From NCBI RefSeq assembly GCF_030384885.1, contig NZ_CP128613.1: a DNA stretch of 64,000 nucleotides. One strand, 5' to 3'. Below, one piece after another: positions 45,821-57,751 of the stretch (its first letter is position 1; every line of letters begins with the position of its first letter). The DNA comes from Escherichia coli (GTDB lineage: Bacteria; Pseudomonadota; Gammaproteobacteria; Enterobacterales; Enterobacteriaceae). The position numbers and the translations under genes are program-made. The notes under the pieces are model-generated. The model was given only the letters and a program-made list of their open reading frames with translations. It did not search any database and was not told the origin of the DNA.

Positions 45821-47215
45821 ATGACAAATCTAAAAAAGCGCGAGCGAGCGAAAACCAATGCATCGTTAATCTCTATGGTGCAACGCTTTTCAGATATCAC
45901 CATCATGTTTGCCGGGCTATGGCTGGTTTGCGAAGTCAGCGGACTGTCATTCCTCTACATGCACCTGTTGGTGGCGCTGATTACGCTGGTGGTGTTCCAG
46001 ATGTTGGGCGGCATCACCGATTTTTATCGCTCATGGCGAGGTGTTCGGGCAACGACAGAATTTGCCCTGCTGCTGCAAAACTGGACCTTAAGCGTGATTT
46101 TTAGCGCCGGACTGGTGGCGTTCAACAATGATTTCGACACGCAACTGAAAATCTGGCTGGCGTGGTATGGGCTGACCAGCATCGGGTTGGTGGCGTGTCG
46201 TTCGTGTATTCGCATTGGTGCGGGCTGGTTGCGTAATCATGGCTATAACAAGCGTATGGTTGCCGTGGCGGGGGATTTAGCTGCCGGGCAAATGCTGATG
46301 GAGAGCTTCCGTAATCAGCCGTGGTTAGGGTTTGAAGTGGTGGGCGTTTACCACGACCCAAAACCGGGCGGCGTTTCTAACGACTGGGCGGGCAATCTGC
46401 AACAGCTGGTCGAGGATGCAAAAGCGGGCAAGATTCACAACGTCTATATCGCGATGCAAATGTGCGACGGCGCACGAGTGAAAAAACTGGTCCATCAACT
46501 GGCGGACACCACCTGTTCGGTGCTGCTGATCCCCGACGTCTTTACCTTCAACATTCTCCATTCACGCCTCGAAGAGATGAACGGCGTTCCGGTGGTGCCG
46601 CTGTACGACACGCCACTTTCCGGGGTTAACCGCCTGATAAAACGTGCGGAAGACATTGTGCTGGCAACGCTGATCTTGCTGCTGATCTCCCCGGTGCTGT
46701 GCTGTATTGCGCTGGCGGTGAAATTCAGTTCACCAGGGCCGGTTATTTTCCGCCAGACTCGCTACGGCATGGATGGCAAGCCGATCAAAGTGTGGAAGTT
46801 CCGTTCCATGAAAGTGATGGAGAACGACAAAGTAGTGACCCAGGCGACGCAGAACGATCCGCGCGTCACCAAAGTGGGGAACTTTCTGCGCCGCACCTCG
46901 CTGGATGAATTGCCGCAGTTTATCAATGTGCTGACCGGGGGGATGTCGATTGTGGGGCCACGTCCGCACGCGGTGGCGCATAACGAACAATATCGCCAGC
47001 TCATTGAAGGCTACATGCTGCGCCACAAAGTGAAACCGGGCATTACCGGTTGGGCGCAGATTAACGGCTGGCGCGGCGAAACCGACACGCTCGAGAAAAT
47101 GGAAAAACGCGTCGAGTTCGACCTTGAGTACATCCGCGAATGGAGCGTCTGGTTCGATATCAAAATCGTTTTCCTGACGGTATTCAAAGGCTTCGTTAAC
47201 AAAGCGGCATATTGA
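45821..47215 (+). CDS. wcaJ: Undecaprenyl-phosphate glucose-1-phosphate transferase WcaJ
   Basis: 464 aa; N-terminal TM segments and C-terminal sugar-transferase domain (PGPVIFRQTRYGMDGKPIKVWKFRSM). Confidence 0.95.
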   Translation: MTNLKKRERAKTNASLISMVQRFSDITIMFAGLWLVCEVSGLSFLYMHLLVALITLVVFQMLGGITDFYRSWRGVRATTEFALLLQNWTLSVIFSAGLVAFNNDFDTQLKIWLAWYGLTSIGLVACRSCIRIGAGWLRNHGYNKRMVAVAGDLAAGQMLMESFRNQPWLGFEVVGVYHDPKPGGVSNDWAGNLQQLVEDAKAGKIHNVYIAMQMCDGARVKKLVHQLADTTCSVLLIPDVFTFNILHSRLEEMNGVPVVPLYDTPLSGVNRLIKRAEDIVLATLILLLISPVLCCIALAVKFSSPGPVIFRQTRYGMDGKPIKVWKFRSMKVMENDKVVTQATQNDPRVTKVGNFLRRTSLDELPQFINVLTGGMSIVGPRPHAVAHNEQYRQLIEGYMLRHKVKPGITGWAQINGWRGETDTLEKMEKRVEFDLEYIREWSVWFDIKIVFLTVFKGFVNKAAY

Positions 47216-47216
47216 T

Positions 47217-48695
47217 ATGAGCTTACGTGAAAAAACCATCAGCGGCGCGAAGTGGTCGGCGATTGCCACAGTAATCATCATCGGCCTCGGGCTGGTGCAG
47301 ATGACCGTGCTGGCGCGGATTATCGACAACCACCAGTTCGGTTTGCTTACCGTTTCGCTGGTGATTATCGCGCTGGCAGATACGCTTTCTGACTTCGGTA
47401 TCGCTAACTCGATTATTCAGCGAAAAGAAATCAGCCATCTTGAACTCACCACGCTGTACTGGCTGAACGTCGGGCTGGGGCTTGTGGTGTGTGTGGCGGT
47501 GTTTTTGTTGAGTGATGCCATTGGCGACGTGCTGAATAACCCGGACCTGGCACCGTTGATTAAAACATTGTCGCTGGCGTTTGTGGTGATCCCCCACGGG
47601 CAACAGTTCCGCGCGTTGATGCAAAAGGAGCTGGAGTTCAACAAAATCGGCATGATCGAAACCAGCGCGGTGCTGGCGGGCTTTACTTTTACGGTGGTTA
47701 GCGCCCATTTCTGGCCGCTGGCGATGACCGCGATCCTCGGTTATCTGGTCAATAGTGCGGTGAGAACGCTGCTGTTTGGCTACTTTGGCCGCAAAATTTA
47801 TCGCCCCGGTCTACATTTCTCGCTGGCGTCGGTGGCACCGAACTTACGCTTTGGTGCCTGGCTGACGGCGGACAGCATCATCAACTATCTCAACTCCAAC
47901 CTTTCAACGCTGGTGCTGGCGCGTATTCTCGGTGCGGGCGTAGCAGGGGGGTACAACCTGGCGTACAACGTGGCCGTTGTGCCGCCGATGAAACTGAACC
48001 CGATCATCACCCGCGTGTTGTTTCCGGCGTTTGCCAAAATTCAGGACGACACCGAAAAGCTGCGCGTTAACTTCTACAAGCTGCTGTCGGTGGTGGGGAT
48101 TATCAATTTTCCGGCGCTGCTGGGGCTGATGGTGGTGTCGAATAACTTTGTACCGCTGGTCTTTGGTGAGAAGTGGAACAGCATTATTCCGGTGCTGCAA
48201 TTGCTGTGTGTGGTGGGTCTGCTGCGTTCGGTGGGTAACCCGATTGGTTCGCTGCTGATGGCGAAAGCGCGGGTGGATATCAGCTTTAAATTCAATGTAT
48301 TCAAAACCTTTCTGTTTATTCCGGCGATTGTTATTGGCGGGCAGATGGCGGGTGCAATCGGCGTCACGCTTGGTTTCCTGCTGGTGCAGATTATCAACAC
48401 CATTCTGAGTTATTTCGTGATGATTAAACCGGTGCTCGGTTCCAGTTATCGCCAGTACATCCTGAGTTTATGGCTGCCGTTTTATCTCTCGCTGCCGACG
48501 CTGGTGGTTAGTTATGCGCTGGGCATTGTGCTGAAAGGGCAACTGGTGCTGGGGATGCTGCTGGCGGTGCAAATTATCGCAGGCGTGCTGGCGTTTGTGG
48601 TGATGATCGTGTTGTCGCGCCATCCGCTGGTGGTGGAAGTGAAGCGTCAGTTTTGTCGCAGCGAAAAAATGAAAATGCTTTTACGGGCGGGGTGA
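47217..48695 (+). CDS. wzxC: Colanic acid repeat-unit flippase WzxC
   Basis: 492 aa multi-TM polysaccharide-transporter-family ORF immediately after wcaJ. Confidence 0.93.
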   Translation: MSLREKTISGAKWSAIATVIIIGLGLVQMTVLARIIDNHQFGLLTVSLVIIALADTLSDFGIANSIIQRKEISHLELTTLYWLNVGLGLVVCVAVFLLSDAIGDVLNNPDLAPLIKTLSLAFVVIPHGQQFRALMQKELEFNKIGMIETSAVLAGFTFTVVSAHFWPLAMTAILGYLVNSAVRTLLFGYFGRKIYRPGLHFSLASVAPNLRFGAWLTADSIINYLNSNLSTLVLARILGAGVAGGYNLAYNVAVVPPMKLNPIITRVLFPAFAKIQDDTEKLRVNFYKLLSVVGIINFPALLGLMVVSNNFVPLVFGEKWNSIIPVLQLLCVVGLLRSVGNPIGSLLMAKARVDISFKFNVFKTFLFIPAIVIGGQMAGAIGVTLGFLLVQIINTILSYFVMIKPVLGSSYRQYILSLWLPFYLSLPTLVVSYALGIVLKGQLVLGMLLAVQIIAGVLAFVVMIVLSRHPLVVEVKRQFCRSEKMKMLLRAG

Positions 48696-48767
48696 ATAGT
48701 TGTTTTCGGTTCCGGCAACGAACACAACAAACACAGCCTCACCTGGCATCAAATTTATGAGGAAAAA

Positions 48768-50048
48768 ATGAAATTACTGATTCTGGGCAACCACACTTGC
48801 GGCAATCGCGGCGACAGTGCCATCTTGCGCGGCTTACTTGATGCCATCAATATCCTCAATCCACACGCCGAAGTGGACGTAATGAGCCGCTATCCGGTCA
48901 GTTCTTCCTGGCTGCTCAACCGTCCGGTAATGGGCGATCCGCTGTTCCTGCAAATGAAACAACACAACAGCGCGGCGGGTGTTGTCGGGCGCGTAAAAAA
49001 AGTCCTCCGTCGCCGCTATCAACACCAGGTACTGCTCTCACGCGTTACCGATACTGGCAAGCTGCGTAATATCGCCATCGCCCAGGGATTCACCGACTTT
49101 GTGCGCCTGCTGTCAGGTTACGATGCCATTATCCAGGTCGGCGGTTCGTTTTTTGTTGATCTCTACGGCGTGCCGCAGTTTGAACACGCGCTTTGCACTT
49201 TCATGGCGAAAAAGCCGCTGTTTATGATTGGTCACAGCGTCGGCCCGTTCCAGGATGAGCAATTTAACCAACTGGCAAACTACGTATTCGGGCACTGCGA
49301 CGCGCTGATCCTGCGCGAATCGGTCAGCCTGGATCTAATGAAACGCAGCAATATCACTACCGCAAAAGTTGAACATGGCGTCGATACCGCGTGGCTGGTC
49401 GATCACCACACCGAAGACTTCACCGCCAGCTATGCTGTTCAACACTGGCTGGACGTAGCCGCACAGCAGAAAACGGTGGCCATTACCCTGCGCGAACTGG
49501 CACCGTTCGACAAACGTCTCGGCACCACTCAACAAGCGTATGAAAAAGCCTTTGCCGGGGTGGTCAATCGCATTCTCGATGAAGGGTATCAGGTGATTGC
49601 GCTCTCCACCTGTACGGGCATCGACAGCTATAACAAAGACGACCGCATGGTGGCGCTCAACCTGCGTCAGCACATCAGCGATCCTGCCCGTTATCACGTG
49701 GTGATGGATGAACTCAACGATCTGGAAATGGGCAAAATCCTCGGTACCTGTGAACTCACCGTCGGTACGCGCCTGCACTCTGCCATTATCTCGATGAATT
49801 TCTCCACTCCGGCAATTGCCATCAACTACGAACATAAATCCGCCGGGATTATGCAGCAGCTGGGGCTGCAAGAGATGGCGATTGATATTCGCCATTTACT
49901 GGACGGCAGCCTGCAAGCGATGGTTGCGGATACCTTAGGCCAGCTTCCGGAGCTGAATACACGACTTAACGAAGCCGTCAGTCGCGAGCGCCAGGCAGGA
50001 ATGCAGATGGTGCAATCTGTGCTTGAGCGCATCGGGGAGGCGAAATGA
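48768..50048 (+). CDS. wcaK: Colanic acid pyruvyl transferase WcaK
   Basis: 426 aa; length and position as in K-12. Confidence 0.9.
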   Translation: MKLLILGNHTCGNRGDSAILRGLLDAINILNPHAEVDVMSRYPVSSSWLLNRPVMGDPLFLQMKQHNSAAGVVGRVKKVLRRRYQHQVLLSRVTDTGKLRNIAIAQGFTDFVRLLSGYDAIIQVGGSFFVDLYGVPQFEHALCTFMAKKPLFMIGHSVGPFQDEQFNQLANYVFGHCDALILRESVSLDLMKRSNITTAKVEHGVDTAWLVDHHTEDFTASYAVQHWLDVAAQQKTVAITLRELAPFDKRLGTTQQAYEKAFAGVVNRILDEGYQVIALSTCTGIDSYNKDDRMVALNLRQHISDPARYHVVMDELNDLEMGKILGTCELTVGTRLHSAIISMNFSTPAIAINYEHKSAGIMQQLGLQEMAIDIRHLLDGSLQAMVADTLGQLPELNTRLNEAVSRERQAGMQMVQSVLERIGEAK

Positions 50049-51265
50049 AGGTCGGCTTCTTTTTACTGAAATTTCCGCTGTCGTCGGAAACCTTCGTTCT
50101 CAACCAAATCACTGCGTTTATTGATATGGGCTTTGAGGTGGAGATTGTCGCGCTGCAAAAAGGCGATACGCAAAACACCCACGCGGCATGGACGAAATAT
50201 ACCCTTGCCGCCAGAACTCGCTGGTTACAGGACGAACCACAAGGCAAAGTGGCGAAACTGCGCCACCGCGCCAGCCAGACCTTACGCGGCATTCATCGTA
50301 AAAATACCTGGCAGGCGCTCAACCTCAAACGCTATGGTGCTGAGTCGCGGAACCTGATTTTGTCTGCCATTTGCGGCCAGGTCGCAACACCGTTTCATGC
50401 TGATGTGTTTATCGCACATTTTGGCCCAGCGGGGGTAACCGCAGCAAAACTACGGGAACTGGGTGTCATTCGCGGCAAAATCGCCACTATCTTCCACGGT
50501 ATTGATATCTCCAGTCGGGAAGTGCTCAACCATTACACTCCCGAATATCAACAACTGTTTCGCCGTGGCGACCTGATGTTACCGATTAGCGATCTGTGGG
50601 CCGGAAGGCTGCAAAAAATGGGCTGCCCGAGGGAAAAAATTGCCGTATCGCGCATGGGTGTAGACATGACGCGCTTTAGCCCGCGTCCGGTGAAAGCGCC
50701 CGCAACACCGCTGGAAATCATTTCCGTCGCACGCTTAACCGAGAAAAAAGGCCTGCATGTGGCGATCGAAGCCTGCCGTCAGTTGAAAGAGCAGGGCGTG
50801 GCATTTCGCTATCGCATCCTCGGCATTGGCCCGTGGGAACGACGCCTGCGCACCCTCATCGAACAATATCAACTGGAAGATGTGGTAGAGATGCCGGGCT
50901 TTAAACCGAGCCACGAAGTGAAGGCGATGCTCGACGACGCGGATGTCTTTCTGTTGCCATCGGTAACGGGTGCTGACGGCGATATGGAAGGCATTCCGGT
51001 GGCGCTGATGGAAGCGATGGCGGTCGGCATTCCGGTGGTTTCTACTCTGCATAGCGGAATACCGGAACTGGTGGAGGCCGATAAATCCGGCTGGCTGGTG
51101 CCTGAGAACGATGCTCGCGCACTGGCGCAACGACTGGCGGCGTTTAGCCAACTGGACACCGACGAACTTACTACGGTTGTCAAACGTGCGCGCGAAAAAG
51201 TCGAACACGATTTTAACCAGCAGGTGATTAACCGAGAACTCGCCAGCTTGTTGCAGGCTTTATAG
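50045..51265 (+). CDS. wcaL: Colanic acid glycosyltransferase WcaL (GT1)
   Basis: 406 aa; GT1 family; 4-bp overlap with wcaK. Confidence 0.92.
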   Translation: MKVGFFLLKFPLSSETFVLNQITAFIDMGFEVEIVALQKGDTQNTHAAWTKYTLAARTRWLQDEPQGKVAKLRHRASQTLRGIHRKNTWQALNLKRYGAESRNLILSAICGQVATPFHADVFIAHFGPAGVTAAKLRELGVIRGKIATIFHGIDISSREVLNHYTPEYQQLFRRGDLMLPISDLWAGRLQKMGCPREKIAVSRMGVDMTRFSPRPVKAPATPLEIISVARLTEKKGLHVAIEACRQLKEQGVAFRYRILGIGPWERRLRTLIEQYQLEDVVEMPGFKPSHEVKAMLDDADVFLLPSVTGADGDMEGIPVALMEAMAVGIPVVSTLHSGIPELVEADKSGWLVPENDARALAQRLAAFSQLDTDELTTVVKRAREKVEHDFNQQVINRELASLLQAL

Positions 51266-51275
51266 AGGAGAACGC

Positions 51276-52670
51276 ATGCCATTTAAAAAACTCTCCCGAC
51301 GCACCTTCCTGACGGCAAGCTCGGTGCTTGCCTTCCTCCATACCCCTTTCGCCCGTGCAATTCCCGCTCAACAAAGCGTTAACATTAACGACTACAATCC
51401 ACATGACTGGATCGCTTCATTTAAACAAGCCTTCAGCGAAGGGCAAACGGTCGTCGTGCCTGGCGGATTGGTTTGCGACAATATCAACACCGGCATCTTC
51501 ATCCCCCCTGGCAAAACGTTACACATCCTGGGAAGCCTGCGCGGCAACGGCAGAGGGCGATTTGTCTTACAGGACGGCAGCCAGGTGACAGGGGAGAAGG
51601 GCGGCAGTATGCATAACATCACCCTGGATGTGCGCGGCTCTGACTGCACCATTAAAGGGCTGGCCATGAGCGGCTTTGGCCCGGTAACGCAGATTTATAT
51701 TGGCGGCAAAAACAAACGCGTCATGCGCAACCTGACCATCGATAACCTCACCGTTAGCCATGCTAACTACGCTATCTTACGGCAGGGATTTCATAATCAG
51801 ATTATTGGTGCCAACATCACCAACTGTAAGTTCAGCGACTTACAGGGCGACGCTATTGAATGGAACGTGGCGATTAACGACAGTGATATTTTGATATCCG
51901 ACCATCTCATTGAGCGCATTAACTGTACCAACGGCAAAATCAACTGGGGCATCGGCATAGGCCTTGCGGGAAGTACCTACGATAATAATTATCCGGAAAA
52001 CCAGGCAGTGAAAAACTTTGTCGTTGCGAATATCACGGGATCAGATTGTCGGCAACTGATCCATGTTGAAAATGGTAAACATTTTGTTATTCGTAATATC
52101 AAAGCCCGCAATATCACGCCGGATTTCAGTAAGAAAGCAGGCATTGATAACGCGACAGTTGCTATTTACGGTTGTGACAATTTCGTGATTGATAATATTG
52201 AAATGATTAATAGCGCCGGGATGTTAATCGGTTATGGGGTAATTAAAGGCAAATATCTCTCGATACCGCAGAATTTCCGAGTGAATAATATTCAACTGGA
52301 TAATACCCACCTTGCTTACAAATTGCGCGGCATCCAAATCTCCGCCGGGAATGCCGTCTCCTTTGTGGCACTGACTAACATTGAGATGAAGCGTGCCTCG
52401 CTGGAGCTTCACAATAAACCGCAACACCTTTTTATGCGCAATATCAAGGTGATGCAGGAATCCTCTGTTGGACCTGCATTGAGCATGAACTTCGACATGC
52501 GCAAAGACGTTCGTGGCGTGTATATGGCGAAAAAAGAAACACTGCTGTCTCTTGCAAATGTTCATGCGGTGAATGAAAGAGGGCAAAGCTCCGTCGATAT
52601 CGACAGGATTAATCACCATATTGTTAATGTGGAAAAGATTAACTTTAGATTGCCGGAACGGAGGGAGTAG
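51276..52670 (+). CDS. wcaM: Colanic acid biosynthesis protein WcaM (predicted secreted, pectate-lyase-like fold)
   Basis: 464 aa; signal-peptide-like N-terminus [21 protein letters not shown] (Tat-like RRTFL); last gene of the wca operon. Confidence 0.9.
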   Translation: MPFKKLSRRTFLTASSVLAFLHTPFARAIPAQQSVNINDYNPHDWIASFKQAFSEGQTVVVPGGLVCDNINTGIFIPPGKTLHILGSLRGNGRGRFVLQDGSQVTGEKGGSMHNITLDVRGSDCTIKGLAMSGFGPVTQIYIGGKNKRVMRNLTIDNLTVSHANYAILRQGFHNQIIGANITNCKFSDLQGDAIEWNVAINDSDILISDHLIERINCTNGKINWGIGIGLAGSTYDNNYPENQAVKNFVVANITGSDCRQLIHVENGKHFVIRNIKARNITPDFSKKAGIDNATVAIYGCDNFVIDNIEMINSAGMLIGYGVIKGKYLSIPQNFRVNNIQLDNTHLAYKLRGIQISAGNAVSFVALTNIEMKRASLELHNKPQHLFMRNIKVMQESSVGPALSMNFDMRKDVRGVYMAKKETLLSLANVHAVNERGQSSVDIDRINHHIVNVEKINFRLPERRE

Positions 52671-52844
52671 ATTTGCGACCATTCCTGGAAAAATGGAGCC
52701 ATACTTAGGAACAATGCTACTGCAATCCACAACGAAGCGGCGTAACATCACAAGTAATTCAGTAATCAATTCAGGGTAATTGATGCTGGCGAAAAAAATC
52801 GAACAAGCTATAATTCAGCAACCATTTTACAGGTGGATGAAATA

Positions 52845-53738
52845 ATGACGAATTTAAAAGCAGTTATTCCTGTAGCGGGTCTTGGGATGCATATGTTGCC
52901 TGCCACTAAGGCGATTCCCAAAGAGATGCTACCGATCGTCGACAAGCCAATGATTCAGTACATTGTTGACGAGATTGTGGCTGCAGGGATCAAAGAAATC
53001 CTCCTGGTAACTCACGCGTCCAAGAACGCGGTCGAAAACCACTTCGACACCTCTTATGAATTAGAATCTCTCCTTGAACAGCGCGTGAAGCGTCAACTGC
53101 TGGCGGAAGTGCAGTCTATCTGTCCGCCGGGCGTGACCATTATGAACGTGCGTCAGGGCGAACCTTTAGGTTTAGGCCACTCCATTTTGTGTGCACGACC
53201 CGCCATTGGTGACAACCCATTTGTTGTGGTATTGCCGGACGTTGTGATCGACGACGCCAGTGCCGACCCGCTGCGCTACAACCTTGCTGCCATGATTGCG
53301 CGCTTCAACGAAACGGGCCGCAGCCAGGTGCTGGCAAAACGTATGCCGGGTGACCTCTCTGAATACTCCGTCATCCAGACCAAAGAGCCGCTGGACCGCG
53401 AAGGTAAAGTCAGCCGCATTGTTGAATTTATCGAAAAACCGGATCAGCCACAGACGCTGGACTCAGACATCATGGCCGTAGGTCGCTATGTGCTTTCTGC
53501 CGATATTTGGCCGGAACTTGAACGAACTCAACCTGGCGCATGGGGACGTATTCAACTGACTGATGCCATTGCTGAACTGGCGAAAAAACAGTCCGTTGAT
53601 GCCATGCTGATGACTGGTGACAGCTACGACTGCGGTAAAAAAATGGGTTATATGCAGGCATTTGTGAAGTATGGACTACGCAACCTGAAAGAAGGGCCAA
53701 AGTTCCGTAAGAGCATTGAGAAGTTGCTCGGGGAATAG
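52845..53738 (+). CDS. galF: UTP-glucose-1-phosphate uridylyltransferase-like regulatory subunit GalF
   Basis: Start at [39 protein letters not shown] gives 297 aa. Confidence 0.95.
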   Translation: MTNLKAVIPVAGLGMHMLPATKAIPKEMLPIVDKPMIQYIVDEIVAAGIKEILLVTHASKNAVENHFDTSYELESLLEQRVKRQLLAEVQSICPPGVTIMNVRQGEPLGLGHSILCARPAIGDNPFVVVLPDVVIDDASADPLRYNLAAMIARFNETGRSQVLAKRMPGDLSEYSVIQTKEPLDREGKVSRIVEFIEKPDQPQTLDSDIMAVGRYVLSADIWPELERTQPGAWGRIQLTDAIAELAKKQSVDAMLMTGDSYDCGKKMGYMQAFVKYGLRNLKEGPKFRKSIEKLLGE

Positions 53739-53992
53739 ATCCAAGCCAATGTAACAATAATTTAGATAAATAGCGGCAGCTAACATCCCGGCGTCTATGC
53801 TTTAAACAAAGGAATGTTACTGTCGTTTTTCTTTTTAAAACAAAGAATAACAACGAGTTAACCTACTAAGTTTAATCTATTTTTTGTTGGATTTATCCTT
53901 GTTTCTGACAGCATTTGGTAAGACAATTGGCGTTTGAATTTAAGATAGCTTTGCGATAGCTAGCGGGGCGGAGTACATCTTTGGCATTTTGC

Positions 53993-54031
53993 TAGTGCAC
54001 TGGTAGCTGTTAAGCCAGGGGCGGTAGCGTG
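53993..54031 (+). promoter_or_regulatory. JUMPstart element with ops preceding the O-antigen cluster
   Basis: CTAGTGCACTGGTAGCTGTTAAGCCAGGGGCGGTAGCGTG, ops core GGCGGTAGCGTG, about 100 nt upstream of the first O-antigen gene. Confidence 0.85.
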
Positions 54032-54130
54032 GTAAGATTGTGTTTATATGATGCGTTCTCAAAATAAGAAATAATAATCCTGACTATCTTTATACTATTG
54101 ATAATATCTGAAATAAACTTAAGAGCAAAC

Positions 54131-55135
54131 ATGAAAGTAATTGTAAATAATTTTTTTGATGGTATTTTGAAAAGAGGAATACCGATCTATACTTCTGAAC
54201 TTGTGCAAAAGTTAAGAGACAATAATGTTCAGGTTATTTATGTTGCATGTCCAAAAGCATTCCATAAGCTGCCTTCATGGTTTCTGAATGTTCTTTTTAT
54301 AATAGTAGAGCAGCTTTTAATACCAATTATGGGTATATTTTATAGAACTAAGTATAATATATATCCCTATAATAGTAGTTCCATCATTGACTTGTTATTA
54401 GGTAAGGCAATTGTTATAATTCATGACTTCATTAGTCTTAAGAAAAATAAACGAAACCTTGCTGCCATTTATGTGAAAGTCTGTATTTATTTTTCATCTT
54501 TTTTAGCAAAGAAAGTAATATTTATTTCTCAAAGCACTCAGCGAGTATCTAAGAGAATATCGCTATTTAAGCGTATAGAATCTATCCTGCTCCCAAATCC
54601 ATTTTTCTCATTTGAGAAAATTGCTAATGTTACCGAAATAAAAGATCTTGGATATTTACTTCTAGTTTCAGGTTTAGGGGATAATAAGGATCTAGGCACA
54701 GCTCTGGACTATTATTTTTCAATCCCAAGGGAAGAAAGAATACCATTAAAAATATTAGGTTGTGGGAATGGTATTAGCAAGGTTAACGACTTAATTGATG
54801 GGCGGGATACAGATAAAGAAATTGAAATTATTGGTTTTGTTTCTTTAGAGGAAGTCGTCAAACTATATTGTAATTCTAAAATTGTTTGGGCTCATTCGCT
54901 TGCCGAGGGGTATGGCAGGACTTTAGCTGAAGCAAAACTCACATGCAAAAATGTTATATGCACACGGATCTCTGCTTTCCGCGAACAAAAGGATTCGAAT
55001 ATTTTCTTTTATACTTACTATTCTGAGTATTATGAAGTCTATTCATACTTGGTAGATAATTCACCCAGTGTCGAAAGGAAAGCTCTGCATGAACATATTT
55101 TATTTGAAAATGAATTGAGAAAGATTTATGAGTAA
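54131..55135 (+). CDS. O-antigen glycosyltransferase (GT1/GT4-like, possible mannosyltransferase)
   Basis: Track ORF 54098..55135 starts on a non-ATG codon; ATG at 54131 (MKVIVNNFFDG) is the likely start. C-terminal EX7E-like motif HSLAEGYGRTLAEA. Very AT-rich. Confidence 0.75.
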   Translation: MKVIVNNFFDGILKRGIPIYTSELVQKLRDNNVQVIYVACPKAFHKLPSWFLNVLFIIVEQLLIPIMGIFYRTKYNIYPYNSSSIIDLLLGKAIVIIHDFISLKKNKRNLAAIYVKVCIYFSSFLAKKVIFISQSTQRVSKRISLFKRIESILLPNPFFSFEKIANVTEIKDLGYLLLVSGLGDNKDLGTALDYYFSIPREERIPLKILGCGNGISKVNDLIDGRDTDKEIEIIGFVSLEEVVKLYCNSKIVWAHSLAEGYGRTLAEAKLTCKNVICTRISAFREQKDSNIFFYTYYSEYYEVYSYLVDNSPSVERKALHEHILFENELRKIYE

Positions 55136-56330
55136 TATTGATATAAATAAGAAACAGATATTAGTTTTGACTCCACGGTTCCCATTTCCTGTCATTGGTG
55201 GGGATCGATTACGTATCTATAAGATCTGTAAAGAACTGTCTAAGCATTATGATCTTACGTTGCTGAGTCTGTGTGATAAACGCGAAGAGCTCAACTATGA
55301 ATATGATCGTGAAGTTTTTAGTAGTGTTCACAGAGTATATCTTTCAAAGAAAAAATCTGTTTTAAATGTCATATTCTCTTTGTTTTCAAATACACCCCTA
55401 CAGATTGGGTATTATAAATCTAAAGAATTTGAAGATAAACTTAAGCAGTTATTACCTGAACATTCTGCAACTCTTTCACATTTGATAAGGGTTGGTGATT
55501 ATGTGAAAGAGAATAAAGATATAAATTTTTTAGAGATGACCGATGCCATTTCACTTAATTATAAACGAGTAAAGGAAAAAGCATCTTTATTGAGTTTAAA
55601 AACATTTGTATATTCTTTTGAACAAAAAAGACTCGAACGATATGAGCGAACTATAAATAACAAGTTCAGCTTGACTACTTTGGTATCACAGGTTGACTCC
55701 GATTATTTATATCCAGAGCGTCCGAATAATGTATTAGTTTGTGGAAATGGTGTTGATGCCGTTAGCTTACCTTTTTCAGAACGAAAAATAGCTAAAGATA
55801 AAAAGATAACCCTTGTATTTATAGGTAATTTATATTCTTTGCAAAATATGGATGGTGTGAGATGGTTCACCAAGGAAGTTTTACCATTTCTGAACAAGCA
55901 TGGTAATTTTGAATTTAAGGTCATCGGACGTATTACAGATAAAGATAAGAGTTGGTTAGAAAGCCAGCCTGGCGTTGTTGTCACAGGTGAAGTTGATAGC
56001 ATAACTTATGCAGCAGCTGATGGGCATATTGGTGTGTGTCCTATTAGATTAGGGGCAGGTATCCAAAATAAGGTACTTGAATATATGGCGTTGGGATTAC
56101 CTTGTATATCTTCTACTGTAGGCTTTGAAGGCTTGGGAGCAGAGGAGGGTAAGGAGATTTATGTTGCCAATACAAAAGAAGAATATTTACGTGTATTAAA
56201 TTATTTTATAACAAATCTGGATAAATATACCGAAACAGCATTAGTTGCGAAAAAGTTTATCGATGAGAATTTTTCATGGGAAGCTAAATTGAGCCCATAT
56301 ATCCAGAAAATTAAGGAGTCTGTTAAATAA
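55128..56330 (+). CDS. O-antigen glycosyltransferase (GT1/GT4 family)
   Basis: 400 aa; N-terminus [21 protein letters not shown] and C-terminal GT1 domain; AT-rich; overlaps the preceding gene by 8 bp. Confidence 0.8.
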   Translation: MSNIDINKKQILVLTPRFPFPVIGGDRLRIYKICKELSKHYDLTLLSLCDKREELNYEYDREVFSSVHRVYLSKKKSVLNVIFSLFSNTPLQIGYYKSKEFEDKLKQLLPEHSATLSHLIRVGDYVKENKDINFLEMTDAISLNYKRVKEKASLLSLKTFVYSFEQKRLERYERTINNKFSLTTLVSQVDSDYLYPERPNNVLVCGNGVDAVSLPFSERKIAKDKKITLVFIGNLYSLQNMDGVRWFTKEVLPFLNKHGNFEFKVIGRITDKDKSWLESQPGVVVTGEVDSITYAAADGHIGVCPIRLGAGIQNKVLEYMALGLPCISSTVGFEGLGAEEGKEIYVANTKEEYLRVLNYFITNLDKYTETALVAKKFIDENFSWEAKLSPYIQKIKESVK

Positions 56331-56331
56331 A

Positions 56332-57747
56332 ATGATTATCCCAATTATTATGGCCGGTGGTTCTGGGACTCGCTTATGGCCTCTTTCGCGTTCGTTATAC
56401 CCGAAACAATTTTTATCATTGACTAATGAAAATAGTTTGCTCCAGGAAACGTTGAAGCGACTTGATGGATTAAATTGTTTGCCTCCTGTCATTGTTAGCA
56501 ATAATGAGCATAGATTTATTGTTGCTGAACAATTGCGACAGTTCGGTGTGGATGACTTCCAGATTATTCTAGAACCTGTAGGTAGAAATACTGCGCCCGC
56601 CGTTGCGCTGGCTGCTCTAAAGGCTCTGGAACTCCATGGCGATCATCATATGCTGGTTCTTGCTGCTGACCATGCTATTCAGGATATTGAAGCCTTCCAT
56701 GCAGCTGTTTTAGCTGCAGAACAAGAGTCCGTTGACAATAAGTTAGTGACTTTTGGCATCGTCCCGACCAAACCTGAAACTGGGTATGGCTATATTAAAA
56801 AGGGCGAACAAGTTAAAAACTCCGTATTTAAAGTAAATTCTTTCGTCGAAAAACCTGATTTAGAAACGGCTAAAAATTATCTCGAACAAAAATGCTATTT
56901 GTGGAATAGTGGTATGTTCATGTTCAAGGCGAGCGTATATTTAGATGAATTGAAAAAATTTCGCCCTGATATTTTAGCAGCGTGTAAAGAGTCGCTTTCC
57001 AGTGCTAGTACTGATCTAGATTTTATCAGATTAAATTCTGATGTCTTTGCAGAATGTCCCGATGAGTCAATTGATTATGCGGTAATGGAAAAAACTCAGG
57101 ATTGTGTAGTTATTCCACTTGATGCTGACTGGAGTGACATCGGATCATGGACATCACTTTGGGAAATATCAGAGAAAGATGAACATGAAAACGTATCGCA
57201 TGGTGATGTAATTAACTATAACAGCAGGAACAACTACATTTACTCTGAAGGTTCACTGATCAGCACTGTTGGAGTTAATAACCTTATTATAGTTCAAACT
57301 AAAGATGCGCTCCTGGTAGCACAGCAAGACAACGTACAAGACATAAAGAAAATTGTCGAAATTCTTAAAAAACAAAAACGTAGCGAACATATATCCCATC
57401 GCGAAGTCTATCGTCCTTGGGGACGTTATGATTCTGTAGAACGTGGCGACCGTTATCAGGTAAAACGTATTACCGTTAAGCCTGGTGAATGTCTCTCAAC
57501 ACAAATGCATCATCATCGAGCTGAGCATTGGGTGGTTGTCGCTGGTACTGCAAAGGTGACTTGCGGCGAACGCACTTATTTCGTCACTGAAAATGAGTCA
57601 ACTTTCATACCAATTGGCACAGTTCATACCTTGGAAAATCCAGGAAAGATACCATTAGAAGTAATTGAGATTCAGTCGGGTGTATATCTAGGTGATGATG
57701 ATATTGTGCGCCTAAGTGATAAATATGGTCGTGTTGAGGATAAATAA
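56332..57747 (+). CDS. manC: Mannose-1-phosphate guanylyltransferase (O-antigen copy)
   Basis: 471 aa; [16 protein letters not shown] nucleotidyltransferase motif and cupin C-terminus; paralogous to cpsB but with divergent AT-rich DNA. Confidence 0.93.
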   Translation: MIIPIIMAGGSGTRLWPLSRSLYPKQFLSLTNENSLLQETLKRLDGLNCLPPVIVSNNEHRFIVAEQLRQFGVDDFQIILEPVGRNTAPAVALAALKALELHGDHHMLVLAADHAIQDIEAFHAAVLAAEQESVDNKLVTFGIVPTKPETGYGYIKKGEQVKNSVFKVNSFVEKPDLETAKNYLEQKCYLWNSGMFMFKASVYLDELKKFRPDILAACKESLSSASTDLDFIRLNSDVFAECPDESIDYAVMEKTQDCVVIPLDADWSDIGSWTSLWEISEKDEHENVSHGDVINYNSRNNYIYSEGSLISTVGVNNLIIVQTKDALLVAQQDNVQDIKKIVEILKKQKRSEHISHREVYRPWGRYDSVERGDRYQVKRITVKPGECLSTQMHHHRAEHWVVVAGTAKVTCGERTYFVTENESTFIPIGTVHTLENPGKIPLEVIEIQSGVYLGDDDIVRLSDKYGRVEDK

Positions 57748-57751
57748 TTAT